From assembly GCA_036563615.1 (NCBI GenBank), contig DATCMB010000004.1, positions 100,071 through 164,070 of the forward strand: a stretch of DNA of 64,000 nucleotides, written 5' to 3'. Of this stretch, positions 9,600 through 19,421 are shown one piece after another. This stretch comes from Candidatus Binatia bacterium. GTDB taxonomy: Bacteria > Desulfobacterota > Binatia > UBA12015. The position numbers were made by a program, and so were the translations under genes. The notes under the pieces are model-generated. The model had not been told where the DNA came from. It searched no databases and saw nothing but the letters and a program-made list of their open reading frames with translations. The first letter of the stretch is position 1. The number at the start of each line of letters is the position of its first letter.

Positions 9600-10597
9600 C
9601 CTTCCGCTTCGCGAACCCGATGCTGCTCTGGCTGCTGCTCGCGCTGCCGCTGCTGGCGATGGCGCGCGGCCGCGTCGGACGCGGCGCCGCCCTGCTCTAC
9701 CCGTCGGCGGACCTCCTGCACAGCGTCGCACGCCGCATCCTGCCGAGCGCCGGACGCGCGCAGCTCTTCCTGCGGCTCCTCGCGCTCGGGCTCGCGATCG
9801 TCGCGCTGGCGCGGCCGCAGCAGGGCCTCGGCATCGCGGAGGTCGAGACCAGCGGCATCGACATCGTGCTCGCGATCGACGTCTCGGGCTCGATGCGCGC
9901 GCTCGACTTCGAGCTCGACGGCGAGACCGCCGACCGCCTGCAGGTCGTCAAGTCGGTCGTGCGACGCTTCATCGAGGGACGACCCGACGACCGCCTCGGC
10001 CTGGTCGCCTTCGCCGGTCGTCCGTACCTCGTGAGCCCGCTGACGCTCGACCACGACTGGCTCTTGCAGAACCTCGAGCGCGTGCAGATCGGGCTCATCG
10101 AGGACGGCACCGCGGTCGGCTCGGCGATCGCGGCGAGCGTCAACCGGCTGCGCGAGCAGAAGGCCAAGTCGAAGGTCGTGATCCTGCTGACCGACGGCGT
10201 CAACAACTCGGGCAAGGTGTCGCCGCTCACCGCCGCCGACGCCGCGCGCGCGCTCGGGGTCAAGGTGTACACCATCGCCGCGGGCACGCAGGGCGAGGCG
10301 CCGATGCCGGTCACGGACCGTTTCGGTAACGAGCGGGTCGTGATGGCGCCGGTCGAGGTGGACGAGGAGACGCTGCGCAAGGTCGCGGAGACCACGGACG
10401 CCGCGTTCTTCCGCGCGACCGACACCGCGACGCTCGAGAGGATCTACGCGCAGATCGACGAGCTCGAGAAAACGACCGCGACCGTCAAGCGCTACGAGGA
10501 GTACCGCGAGCTCTACCGCTGGCCGCTCGCCGCCTGCGCCCTGCTCCTGCTCCTCGAGATCGTCCTCGCGGAGACCAAGCTGCGGAGGCTGCCGTGA
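9596..10597 (+). CDS. batA: VWA domain protein, BatA-like
   Basis: It has an ATGA overlap with the upstream gene. It has an N-terminal TM helix, a MIDAS motif IVLAIDVSGSM, VILLTDGVNNSG and a C-terminal TM helix. Confidence 0.9.
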   Translation: MTFRFANPMLLWLLLALPLLAMARGRVGRGAALLYPSADLLHSVARRILPSAGRAQLFLRLLALGLAIVALARPQQGLGIAEVETSGIDIVLAIDVSGSMRALDFELDGETADRLQVVKSVVRRFIEGRPDDRLGLVAFAGRPYLVSPLTLDHDWLLQNLERVQIGLIEDGTAVGSAIAASVNRLREQKAKSKVVILLTDGVNNSGKVSPLTAADAARALGVKVYTIAAGTQGEAPMPVTDRFGNERVVMAPVEVDEETLRKVAETTDAAFFRATDTATLERIYAQIDELEKTTATVKRYEEYRELYRWPLAACALLLLLEIVLAETKLRRLP

Positions 10598-12528
10598 CGC
10601 TCGCGAGCCCGCTCTGGCTGCTCGCCGCGCTCGCCGTCGCGGCGCTGACGATTCTGTTCTGGCGCCGCGCCGACCGCCGCCGACGCGCCGACCTCGAGCG
10701 CTTCGCGTCGGCCCACCTGCTGCCGGACCTCACGGCCGAGGTGTCGCCGCGCCGCCGCCGCGTCAAGCGCGCGCTGCTGCTCGCGGCGGTCGTGCTGCTC
10801 GGCCTCGCCTTCGCGGGCCCGCAGTACGGCTTCACCTGGCAGGAGACGCAGCGCCGCGGCATCGACGTGCTGATCGCGCTCGACGTCTCGCGCAGCATGC
10901 TCGCGCAGGACGTCGTGCCGAACCGGCTCGAGCGCGCGAAGCTCGCGATCATCGACCTCGTCGAGAAGCTCGGCGGCGACCGCGTCGGGCTGATCGCGTT
11001 CGCGGGCACGGCGTTCCTGCAGTGCCCGATGACGCTCGACCACGGCGCCTTCCTGGAAGCGCTCGCCGCGCTGCAGCCGGGCATCATCCCGGCGCCCGGC
11101 AGCAACCTCGCGAGCGCGATCCAGGTCGCGCAAGACGCGCTGCGCACGCAGGCGCGCAACGTCAAGCTGCTGGTCCTGTTCAGCGACGGCGAGGACCTCG
11201 CGGGCGACGCCATCGACGCCGCGCGCGCCGCCGCCGCGGACGGCATCAAGATCTACACCGTCGGCGTCGGCAGCCCGGCGGGCGAGCTCATCCCGGTCAC
11301 CAGCAAGGACGGCCGCACCGAGTTCCTCAAGGACCCGGACGGACAGTACGTCAAGTCGCGCCTCGACGAGGAGACGCTGCGCAAGGTCGCGGAGGCGACG
11401 GGCGCGTTCTACGAGCCGCTCGGGCAGCGCGGCGAGGGCGTCGAGGCGGTGTACGAGCGCGCGCTCGCGCCGCTGCCGAAGGAGGAGCTCGCCTCGCGCA
11501 TGCGCCGCGTGCCGCTCGACCGCTTCCAGTGGCCGCTCGCGCTGGCCCTCCTCTGCCTCGCGATCGAGCCGCTGATCGGCGAGCGCCGCGGACGTCTCGT
11601 GCGCTCGTCGGCTGCGGTGCTGCTGGTGCTCGGCGCCAGCACCGCGCAGGCCGCGTCGCCGCGCGAGGCCGAGCAGTACTACGCCGCCGGCGAGTACGAG
11701 AAGGCGCTCGCCGCCTACCGCGAGGCCGCGAAGGACGGCGATCCGAAGCTCACCTTCAACCTCGGCGCCGCGGCGTACAAGGCCGGCGCGTACGGCGACG
11801 CCGCGGCTGCGTTCGCCGACGCGCTGCGCAGCGAGGATCCCGCGCTGCAGGAGCGCAGCTTCTACAACCTCGGCAACGCCCAGTTCCGCATCGGCCAGAA
11901 GGTGCTCGAGCAGGATCCCCAGGCGACCATGCAAGCGTGGCAGCAAGCGATCGACGCCTACGACCAGGCGCTGCGGCTCGACCCGAACGACGAGGACGCG
12001 CGCTTCAACCGCGAGTTCGTGCAGCGCGAGCTCGAGAAGCTGCAGCAGCAGCAACAGCAGCAGCAGGGCCAGCAGCAAGAGCAACGGAAGCAAGACCAAA
12101 ATCAGGACGAGCAGCCGAGCCAGGACCAGCAGCAAGCGCAGCAGGACGAGGAGCGCGACCAGCAGGACGCGCAGCAGCAGGCCGGCGGCGCGCCGCAGGA
12201 GGACGAGCAGCAACGGGACCAGCAGCAGACCGCGCAGCAGAATCCGGAGGACGGCGAGCAGGAGCAGCAGCCCGAGCGCAAGGAGCAAGAGGGGCGCGAC
12301 GAGCAGCGTCAGGCGGACGCGAAGCCCGCGGGCGGCAGCCCCGACGAGCAGCCGCCGCAGGAGTCGCAGCAGCGCGCCGACGCGCAGACGCCCCCGGGCC
12401 GGATGAGCCCCAAGGAGGCGCGCGATCTGCTCGACTCGCTGCAGGACGACGCGACGTCCCTGCCGGCGCTGCAGGCCGCGCAGCAGCCCCGGCGCCCGCG
12501 GAGCGACGAGGAGGTGCGCGACTGGTGA
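10594..12528 (+). CDS. batB: VWA plus TPR protein (BatB/BatC-like fusion) with an acidic Q/E-rich tail
   Basis: It has a GTGA overlap with the upstream gene. It has VLIALDVSRSM (MIDAS), LVLFSDGEDLAG, and TPR repeats (YYAAGEYEKALAAYREA, FNLGAAAYKAGAYGDA, YNLGNAQFRIGQ). Confidence 0.9.
   Translation: MTLASPLWLLAALAVAALTILFWRRADRRRRADLERFASAHLLPDLTAEVSPRRRRVKRALLLAAVVLLGLAFAGPQYGFTWQETQRRGIDVLIALDVSRSMLAQDVVPNRLERAKLAIIDLVEKLGGDRVGLIAFAGTAFLQCPMTLDHGAFLEALAALQPGIIPAPGSNLASAIQVAQDALRTQARNVKLLVLFSDGEDLAGDAIDAARAAAADGIKIYTVGVGSPAGELIPVTSKDGRTEFLKDPDGQYVKSRLDEETLRKVAEATGAFYEPLGQRGEGVEAVYERALAPLPKEELASRMRRVPLDRFQWPLALALLCLAIEPLIGERRGRLVRSSAAVLLVLGASTAQAASPREAEQYYAAGEYEKALAAYREAAKDGDPKLTFNLGAAAYKAGAYGDAAAAFADALRSEDPALQERSFYNLGNAQFRIGQKVLEQDPQATMQAWQQAIDAYDQALRLDPNDEDARFNREFVQRELEKLQQQQQQQQGQQQEQRKQDQNQDEQPSQDQQQAQQDEERDQQDAQQQAGGAPQEDEQQRDQQQTAQQNPEDGEQEQQPERKEQEGRDEQRQADAKPAGGSPDEQPPQESQQRADAQTPPGRMSPKEARDLLDSLQDDATSLPALQAAQQPRRPRSDEEVRDW
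12040..12300 (+). repeat. CAG/GAG-rich low-complexity coding tract forming the Gln/Glu/Asp-rich tail of BatB
   Basis: The DNA reads ctgcagcagcagcaacagcagcagcagggccagcagcaagagcaa..., and the encoded protein reads LQQQQQQQQGQQQEQRKQDQNQDEQPSQDQQQAQQDEERDQQDAQQQ... Confidence 0.7.
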
Positions 12529-14381
12529 GCTTGCGTCAACGCCCGCGCGTCGTCGCGCGCGTCTGGTCGCGCGCGCTGCTCTTCCTCTTCGCCGCGCTCG
12601 CGCTCGGCGCCGCGTGCGCGCAGACGGCGCACGCGCGCGCCGCGATGACGGCGCGGCTCCAGCCCCGCCAGATCGAGCTCGGTCAGAGCGCGCGGCTCCT
12701 CATCACGGTGAGCGGCGTGCAGAGCGCGCCCGCGCCGCGCCTGCCGCAGATCGACGGCCTGCGGCTGCAGAGCCTGGGACAGACGACCAGCGTGCAGATC
12801 GTCAACGGCGAGGTCAGCGCCGAGGTGACGCACAACGTGCTCATCGAGCCGTTGCGCACCGGACGCTTCACCATCCCGTCGCTGTCGCTGACGATCGACG
12901 GCGAGCGTCTCTCGACGACGCCGCTCGTCCTCGAGGTGGTCGCGTCCGGCAGCGGCTCGGCGCAGCTCTCGCGCCCGGACGAGGACGGCCAGGGACGCGC
13001 GAAGCCCGTGTCGCTCCACCTCGACGTGCCGCGGCGCGATCTCTACGTCGGCGAGCTCGTGCCCGTCGAGCTGCGGCTCTACGTCCGCGAGGACGTGCGC
13101 GTCACCGAGGTCACGGCGCCGATGCTGAGCAGCAACGCCTTCACCATCAGCCGGCCGCGCGACGGGCAACCGGCGCAGAACACGGAGATCATCGACGGCG
13201 CGCGCTACATCGTCGCGACCTTCCCGCTCGCGATCTCGCCCGTGACCACCGGCGAGCACGTCCTCGAGGCGAAGCTCGAGCTGTCGGCGTACCTGCCCGC
13301 CGCGCGCCGCCGCTTCGGCGGGGTGATGGACGATCCGTTCTTCGACGCCTTCTTCGGCGGCCGCGGGCCGAAGAAGATCCCGCTCTCGAGCCCGGCACGC
13401 AACGTCCGCGTGCTGCCGCTGCCCGAGGAAGCGCGTCCCGCGGACTTCTCGGGCGCGATCGGACGCTTCTCGGTGGCGGCGAGCGCTTCGCCGAAGCAGG
13501 TCACGGCCGGCGATCCGGTGACGCTCACCGTGACCGTCTCCGGCCAGGGCAACTTCGACCGCGTCGAGGTCCCGCCCATGACGACGGACGCGGAGTGGAA
13601 GACCTACGCGGCGACGACCAAGTTCGAGCCCACGGACGAGCTCGGCTTCGCCGGACGCAAGATCTTCGAGCAGGCGATCGTCCCGCAGAGCGACGCGCTC
13701 ACCGCGGTGCCGTCGCGCTCGTTCAGCTACTTCGACCCCGAGAAGCGGCGCTACGTCGAGCTCGCGACCGAGCCGATCGCGCTCGCGGTGATCGCGTCGC
13801 CACGCACCGTCGCGCGCGGCGTGGCCGGCGCAGCGAAGGGCGGCGCGACGATCGCGACGCCCGAGTGGGAGCTCGCGCCGAACCACATCGCGCCCGGGGC
13901 GCTGACGCGCGATGCGCGGCCCGTCACCTCGCAGACGTGGTTCCTCGCGCTGCAGGCCGTGCCGCTTCTCGCGCTCGCTGCAGCGACGCTGTGGGCGCGG
14001 CGCCGCGACCGGCTGTGGGCCGACCCGACCTACCACCGACGCCTCGCCGCGCGCCGGCGCGTCGACGAGGAGGTCGAGGCGATGCAGCGCGCCGCGAGCG
14101 CGGGCGACACGCAGGCGTTCTTCGCCGCCGCCCGGCGCGCGGTGCAGGCGCGGCTCAGCGCCTCGCCCGAGCGCGCCGCGGAGAGCCTGACGCTCGCCGA
14201 GATGGAGGCGCTCGTCGAGCCGGGCTCAGAGCAGCTCGCCGAGCTGCGCGCGCTGGTCGGCCAGGCCGACGCCGTCGCCTACTCCGGCGAGCACCTGCCG
14301 CCCGAGAAGCTCGCCGCGTGGCGCGAGCGCACCGTCGCGCTGCTGCGCGCGCTCGACCGCGCCAAGGGGCGCAAGCGATGA
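12525..14381 (+). CDS. batD: BatD-like (oxygen-tolerance family) membrane protein
   Basis: It has a GTGA overlap with the upstream gene. It has a signal peptide, repeated beta-rich segments (VTAGDPVTLTVTVSGQGNF), a late TM helix (WFLALQAVPLLALAAATLWA) and a C-terminal helical region. Confidence 0.85.
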   Translation: MSLRQRPRVVARVWSRALLFLFAALALGAACAQTAHARAAMTARLQPRQIELGQSARLLITVSGVQSAPAPRLPQIDGLRLQSLGQTTSVQIVNGEVSAEVTHNVLIEPLRTGRFTIPSLSLTIDGERLSTTPLVLEVVASGSGSAQLSRPDEDGQGRAKPVSLHLDVPRRDLYVGELVPVELRLYVREDVRVTEVTAPMLSSNAFTISRPRDGQPAQNTEIIDGARYIVATFPLAISPVTTGEHVLEAKLELSAYLPAARRRFGGVMDDPFFDAFFGGRGPKKIPLSSPARNVRVLPLPEEARPADFSGAIGRFSVAASASPKQVTAGDPVTLTVTVSGQGNFDRVEVPPMTTDAEWKTYAATTKFEPTDELGFAGRKIFEQAIVPQSDALTAVPSRSFSYFDPEKRRYVELATEPIALAVIASPRTVARGVAGAAKGGATIATPEWELAPNHIAPGALTRDARPVTSQTWFLALQAVPLLALAAATLWARRRDRLWADPTYHRRLAARRRVDEEVEAMQRAASAGDTQAFFAAARRAVQARLSASPERAAESLTLAEMEALVEPGSEQLAELRALVGQADAVAYSGEHLPPEKLAAWRERTVALLRALDRAKGRKR

Positions 14382-15307
14382 GAGTCGTCCAGGTCGTCCA
14401 GCTGTGCTTGACGGCGACGGTCGCGCTGGCGCTCGCCGAGGCCCCGCGTCTCGCGTTCGCTCGGGCCGACGCGCCGCGCCCCGCCGTCGCGGACGCTTCG
14501 CAGCCGACGCTCGCCCTCGCCGACGCGTCGCAGCCCGCGGCCGCGCTTTCCGATGCATCGCCGACCGCGGGCTCGCCCGCCGAGGAGCCGTCGGCGCTGC
14601 CTCCAACGACCACCGCCGCGCAGCGCTTCGAGGCAGCGAACGCGGCGTTCGCGGCCGGCCGCTACGCCGAGGCGCGCGAGGGCTTCGAGCAGGTGCTGCG
14701 CGAGGACGGCGCGTCGCCGTCGGTGCTGTTCAACCTCGGCAACGCGAGCTTCCGCGCCGGCCGCATCGCGGACGCGATCCTCGCCTACGAGCGCGCGCTG
14801 CTGCTCGCGCCGCGCGATCAGGACGTGCGCGCCAACCTGCGCCAGGCGCGCAACGCGGCCGAGCTGCCGAACGACGACGGCGGCGCGTGGGGCCGGCTCG
14901 TCGGTCTCGCGACGATCGACGGCTGGGCCTGGCTCGCGAGCGGTGGGCTGTGGCTGCTCTGCGGCGCGCTGATCGCGCTGCGCCTGCTGCGCGGCACGAC
15001 GGGTGTCGCCGCGCGGCGCGCGCTGCGGGGGATCGTTGCGTGCGCCGCGGCGCTGGTCGTCGTCGCCAGCGCGGCGTGCGCGACGCGGCTCCGCGACCGC
15101 GACCGCGCGGTCGTGCTCGCGACCGATCCGGTGCTGCGCGTCGCACCGTACGAGTCCGCGACCGCCGCCGCGGAGCTCGTCCCGGGCGACGTCGTGCGCA
15201 TCGAGCGCATGCACGACGGCTTCGCCCTGGTCCGCACGCGCGACGGCAAGACCGGCTGGATGGCGGACGGCGCGGTCGCGCGCATCGCGTCGATCGTCGG
15301 GCTCTGA
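14378..15307 (+). CDS. batE: TPR plus SH3b protein, BatE-like
   Basis: It has an ATGA overlap with the upstream gene. It has TPR repeats (FAAGRYAEAREGFEQV, FNLGNASFRAGRIADAILAYERAL), TM helices and a C-terminal SH3-like segment LVPGDVVRIERMHDGFALVRTRDGKTGWM. Confidence 0.8.
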   Translation: MRVVQVVQLCLTATVALALAEAPRLAFARADAPRPAVADASQPTLALADASQPAAALSDASPTAGSPAEEPSALPPTTTAAQRFEAANAAFAAGRYAEAREGFEQVLREDGASPSVLFNLGNASFRAGRIADAILAYERALLLAPRDQDVRANLRQARNAAELPNDDGGAWGRLVGLATIDGWAWLASGGLWLLCGALIALRLLRGTTGVAARRALRGIVACAAALVVVASAACATRLRDRDRAVVLATDPVLRVAPYESATAAAELVPGDVVRIERMHDGFALVRTRDGKTGWMADGAVARIASIVGL

Positions 15308-15563
15308 TCGTCAGCCACTGATCGCCGGCGCTGCGTGCCGCGCGTGGCACGCGCGCGACGCGTCGCACTCAAGCCCGCGCAGGTGCTCCATGGGCGTGTG
15401 GCGCGCGGTGGCATCGCTCGTGCTCAACCACACGCGACGTGACACGCGAGCGACGCACGAGCGCGGCAGACGTTGCACTTCGCCGCCGTGGCGTCGCCGA
15501 GCTGCACGCGAAGCGGGCAGCCGCCTGCCGCAGGCGTGAGCACAACCCAGGAGAGCGCACGGC

Positions 15564-16505
15564 ATGGAGACCAAGCACCTTCGCACGCTGGTGACGATCG
15601 TCGAGCTGTCGAGCTTCACCCGCGCCGGGCTGAAGCTGGGCTTGAGCCAGTCGGCGATCAGCCAGCAGATCGGCGCGCTCGAGCGCAAGCTCGGCGTGAA
15701 GCTGCTGCGCCGCTCGGGGACGGGCGCGAAGCCGACTCCGGCGGGCGAGCTGCTCGTCGAGCACGCGCGGCAGATCCTGGCGCGGATCGACAACGCGCGC
15801 CGGCTGCTGTCGGAGCTCGACGCGTCGCCCGGCGGCCTGCTGCGCATCGGCGCAGGTGCGAGCGCCTGCGAGCTGCTGCTCCCCGACGTGCTGCGCGCGC
15901 TACGCGCGTCGTTCCCGCGCCTCGAGCTGCACGTCCGCAGCAGCCATGGCGACCTCACCCTCGAGCGCCTGGTCGACGGCGAGATCGACGTCGGCTTGCT
16001 GCCGATGCCGGTCGCGCACCCGAAGCTGCGTCTCACGGAGCTCGGACGCGACGAGCTCGTGCTGATCACGCCGCCCTCGCACGCGCTCGCGAACCGCACG
16101 CGCATCGAGCCAGCCGACCTCACGAGCGAGCCGCTGGTGATCTGCGGGCGGCGCAGCAGCACGTTCCAGCTCGTCGAGCGCGTGCTGCTCGAGGCCGGCG
16201 TGTTCCCGCGCATCGCGATCGAGGTCGATCAGCTGGGCGCGCTGTGCGCGCTGGTCGCGCGCGGGATGGGCGTCTCGGTCGTGCCGCGCTGGGCCGTCGC
16301 GACGCAGATCGCCGCCGGCGAGGTCGTGGCCGTGCCGATCGGCCCGCGCGGGCTGTCGCGCGCGTGGGCGGTGGGCTTCCTCGAGGAGTCGAGCCCGCGT
16401 CAGGCGCTGCGCGCCTTCGTGCGCCTGTGCGCGGAGGTGCTGCCGACGCGCCTCGAGGCGAGCAGCGAGCTGCCGCGCGACGACCGCAGGTCGGCGCCGA
16501 TGTGA
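15564..16505 (+). CDS. LysR family transcriptional regulator
   Basis: The sequence METKHLRTLVTIVELSSFTRAGLKLGLSQSAISQQIGALERKLGVKLLRR contains a LysR helix-turn-helix, followed by a substrate-binding domain. Confidence 0.9.
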   Translation: METKHLRTLVTIVELSSFTRAGLKLGLSQSAISQQIGALERKLGVKLLRRSGTGAKPTPAGELLVEHARQILARIDNARRLLSELDASPGGLLRIGAGASACELLLPDVLRALRASFPRLELHVRSSHGDLTLERLVDGEIDVGLLPMPVAHPKLRLTELGRDELVLITPPSHALANRTRIEPADLTSEPLVICGRRSSTFQLVERVLLEAGVFPRIAIEVDQLGALCALVARGMGVSVVPRWAVATQIAAGEVVAVPIGPRGLSRAWAVGFLEESSPRQALRAFVRLCAEVLPTRLEASSELPRDDRRSAPM

Positions 16506-16607
16506 GGCGGCCGCAACGAGATTGCCGGCGTGCGTTGGCCGGTGTGAGTCGATCGGTGTGGGTCGACCGACGTGAGCCGCGGCCCTGAGCCGCTGCCGTG
16601 AGCGGCG

Positions 16608-17996
16608 TCAGCGCGCCGAGCGCACGCGCTCGGACCGCGCCGGCGCCGAGGCGCCGGCGGCGCTGGTCGCGCTCGCGACGCTCGCGGCCTCGTCGCGCGC
16701 TGTCCGCTCGCCCGCGGCCCAGTCGATCCCCGCCTTGCCGCTCGCGAGCTCCTCGCTCGGCGCGTCGAGCAGGTCGCCTAGCGTGTGCGCGGCGAGCTCG
16801 CGCCGACGCTGCTCCTCGAGCCCGTGCAGCAGCGCGCAGACGCGCGGATCGGCGCCCTCCGGCGGGCGTCCCTCGCCGAACTCGTCGGCGAGCAGCGACA
16901 GCGCGAGCGTGGACGGATCGCGCGCCAGCACGAAGCTCTCTTTGTCCTCGTCCTCGACGACGACGATCGCCTTCGCCTGGCACAGCTTGGCGACGACCTC
17001 GGCGACGGTCTCGCTCGAGACGTCGAGCTCCTGGCCGATCTCGCCGAGCTCGACCGCGCCACCGTCGCCGCGGAAGCGCTCCGCCGCGCGCACCAGCACG
17101 TGCAGCGCGACCGCCCAGCGCGACACGTCGCGCGACGCCTCGTCCTCGGGCTCCGGACCGTACTCGATCACCGCCGCGAGCTCGGCGCCGGCGAGCACCA
17201 CGGTCCAGCTGACGTAGATCCACACCAGCGTGACCGGCAGCTGCGCGAGCGCGCCGTAGATCGCGCTCGCGCGCGCGACGCCGATCTGCAGCGTCACGTA
17301 CGCGACCTGCACGACCTGCCACGCGACACCCGCGAACAGCGCCGCGATCACGATCGACTTCAGGTGCGGGCGGCGGTTCGGCATCACCGCGTAGAGGAGC
17401 GCGATCGCGACCACGTTCATCGCGATCGGCGCCAGGCGCAGCCCGAGCAGCACGGCGCCGTGCAGCACCTCTTCCTGCAGCAGACGCTGCAAGAAGCTCT
17501 GCTCGCGCACCGCGGACGTGATGCCGACCGCGAGCAGCAGCAGGAAGGGGATCAGCAGCACGACCGCGACGTAGTCGGTGACCTTCCGCCACCAGGAGCG
17601 ACCCTTCACCACGCGCCAGATGAGGTTGAAGCTCGCCTCGACGCTGCCGAGGACCGAGATCACCGTCACGATCAAAAATGCCGCGCCGATCGCCCCGATC
17701 GTGCTGACGTTGATGTTGTCGATGAACGTCATGATGCGCTCGGTGACCTGCGGGTCGAGCGCGAGACGCGAGAGCAGCAGCGGCTCGAGGCGGCCCTGCG
17801 CGCCGAGCCCCTTCAGCACGGCGAACATCAGCGCGAACAGCGGCACCACCGAGAGCAGCGTGGTGTAGGTCAGCGCCGCCGCGGCCTCGAGGCAGCGGTC
17901 GGCGTAGAAGCGCTCGAAGGTGGCGACGGCGATCCTCCACGCCCGTCGTGGCCAGGTCGCCGTACGTGCGAGCTGCGCGCCCATGCTCGAGCTCAT
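16608..17996 (-). CDS. YihY/BrkB family membrane protein with a C-terminal soluble extension
   Basis: ATG at 17996 gives FYADRCLEAAAALTYTTLLSVVPLFAL..., and the protein has about 6 TM helices and IYGALAQLPVTLVWIYVSW. The upstream part of track ORF 16608..18500 is a shadow of the CBS gene. Confidence 0.85.
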   Translation of the reverse strand: MSSSMGAQLARTATWPRRAWRIAVATFERFYADRCLEAAAALTYTTLLSVVPLFALMFAVLKGLGAQGRLEPLLLSRLALDPQVTERIMTFIDNINVSTIGAIGAAFLIVTVISVLGSVEASFNLIWRVVKGRSWWRKVTDYVAVVLLIPFLLLLAVGITSAVREQSFLQRLLQEEVLHGAVLLGLRLAPIAMNVVAIALLYAVMPNRRPHLKSIVIAALFAGVAWQVVQVAYVTLQIGVARASAIYGALAQLPVTLVWIYVSWTVVLAGAELAAVIEYGPEPEDEASRDVSRWAVALHVLVRAAERFRGDGGAVELGEIGQELDVSSETVAEVVAKLCQAKAIVVVEDEDKESFVLARDPSTLALSLLADEFGEGRPPEGADPRVCALLHGLEEQRRRELAAHTLGDLLDAPSEELASGKAGIDWAAGERTARDEAASVASATSAAGASAPARSERVRSAR

Positions 17997-18089
17997 TTGT
18001 GCACGCCCGTCCCGGCTTGTCACGACTCGAGCCCGGGGATAGAAGGCGCGCGTTCGATCCCGATCCCACCGAAGCGCCAGGAGGACGTC

Positions 18090-18623
18090 ATGGTCGAGGA
18101 GATCATCCTGGAGGAGGAGGCGATCGCTCTCGAGCGAACGCGTGAGGGGACGTGGCCGGGAGAGTCCATACTGGGTCGGCCGATCCGCACCCTGCCGGAG
18201 CTGCAGCCACCGATCGTCCTCGGTCCGGACGCGACGGTGCGGGACGCGCTCGGGGTGATGAACCGTGCGACCGTCGGCTGCGTGCTCGTCGCCGAAGGCG
18301 GAAAGCTCGTCGGCATCTTCACGGAGCGCGACCTCCTGACCAAGGTCGCTGGCGCGCGCGACATCGACACGACGCGCCTTGCCGACGTCATGACGCGCGA
18401 TCCCGAGTGCTTGACGCTCGACGACAGCATTGCCTATGCGCTCAACAAGATGAGCGTCGGGGGCTTCCGTCACGTCCCGCTGGTGGACGAGGACGGGCAT
18501 CCGACCGGGCTCGTCGGCATGCGCAGCGTGGTCGACTTCCTGGTCGAGCTCTTCCCGCGCGAGGTGCTGACGCTGCCGTCGTCGCCGGCGAAGCAGATCT
18601 CGCCGACGCGCGAGGGCGCCTGA
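18090..18623 (+). CDS. CBS domain pair protein
   Basis: An AGGAGGA Shine-Dalgarno site precedes the start. The sequence has two CBS repeats, VRDALGVMNRATVGCVLVAEGGKLVGIFTERDLL and IAYALNKMSVGGFRHVPLVDEDGHPTGLVGMRSVV. Confidence 0.85.
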   Translation: MVEEIILEEEAIALERTREGTWPGESILGRPIRTLPELQPPIVLGPDATVRDALGVMNRATVGCVLVAEGGKLVGIFTERDLLTKVAGARDIDTTRLADVMTRDPECLTLDDSIAYALNKMSVGGFRHVPLVDEDGHPTGLVGMRSVVDFLVELFPREVLTLPSSPAKQISPTREGA

Positions 18624-18671
18624 GCCGCGCTCGGCGCGAAGGGCCCCGCCTCGGGGGCGCGGCGTCCCGAC

Positions 18672-19388
18672 TCAGCGCCAGGCGAAGACCGGCTGCTCGA
18701 AGTGCGCGACCCGCGTCGCGCGGCCGTGCATCGCGACCTCGCGGAACTGGAAGACCACCGCCGCGGTCGGCGCGTGGATGTGCGTGCCGATGAGCGGGAT
18801 CGAGATCACCGGACGGTCGCTCTGCGGGATGCGGCGTAGCCGCGGCACGTCGGGGCGGTCGAGCTCGGCGAGCGGCACGCGGTGCACGGAGGCGACCTCG
18901 CGCGGATCGGGCCGCAGCTCGCACGCCGCGCCGGCCCACACCACGACCGGCGTGATCACGAAGCCCGAGCGCGTCGGGTAGTCGTCGAGCAGGCCCAGGA
19001 CCTGCGACTCCGGGCACTCGAGGCCGACCTCCTCGGCGAGCTCGCGCAGCGCGGCCTCGACCGGCGTCTCGCCCTGGTCGAGCCGCCCGCCCGGTAGCGC
19101 CCACTGGCCGCCGTGGTTCGCGAGCCGCGGCGCGCGACGGGTCAGCACGAAGCAGGCGTTGCCGGCGTCGTCGTCGACCACGGTCACCGCGACCGCGGCG
19201 CGCACCAGCTCGCCGCCCGGATGCGGCACGCGCTCGAAGCCCGAGAGGTTGCGCGCGAGCCGCTCGCGCATCGCTTCGTCGAAGATCGCTCGTCCGCTGA
19301 TCGCCGTGGTCGTCGTCTCTACTCTCCGCCCGTCGGCCGCTCGGTGCCGGCATCTCTGCCGTAGCACGCGGCGCTCCGCCCGCACCAC
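18672..19388 (-). CDS. NUDIX hydrolase, CoA-pyrophosphatase-like
   Basis: The Nudix box is GGQWALPGGRLDQGETPVEAALRELAEEVGL. The start is uncertain; GTG 19388 and ATG 19271 are both possible. Confidence 0.8.
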   Translation of the reverse strand: MVRAERRVLRQRCRHRAADGRRVETTTTAISGRAIFDEAMRERLARNLSGFERVPHPGGELVRAAVAVTVVDDDAGNACFVLTRRAPRLANHGGQWALPGGRLDQGETPVEAALRELAEEVGLECPESQVLGLLDDYPTRSGFVITPVVVWAGAACELRPDPREVASVHRVPLAELDRPDVPRLRRIPQSDRPVISIPLIGTHIHAPTAAVVFQFREVAMHGRATRVAHFEQPVFAWR

Positions 19389-19421
19389 GTGGTTGCAGGA
19401 GCGCGCACGCGAGGGCTAACC

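Noticed and set aside
16120-18623. Long ORFs 16120..18069 (-) and 16785..18623 (+), and the 5' extension of 16608..18500, lie in the YihY/CBS region.
   Set aside because: Only the segments 16608..17996 (YihY) and 18090..18623 (CBS) give protein-like sequence with Shine-Dalgarno sites. The remainder are shadows of each other.
19386-19391. Back-to-back GTG starts of the NUDIX ORF (-) and the 19389 ORF (+) suggest zero-length divergent spacing.
   Set aside because: The plus-strand gene almost certainly starts at ATG 19422 (MAAMSQ...), and the NUDIX start may also be internal. No special arrangement is needed.
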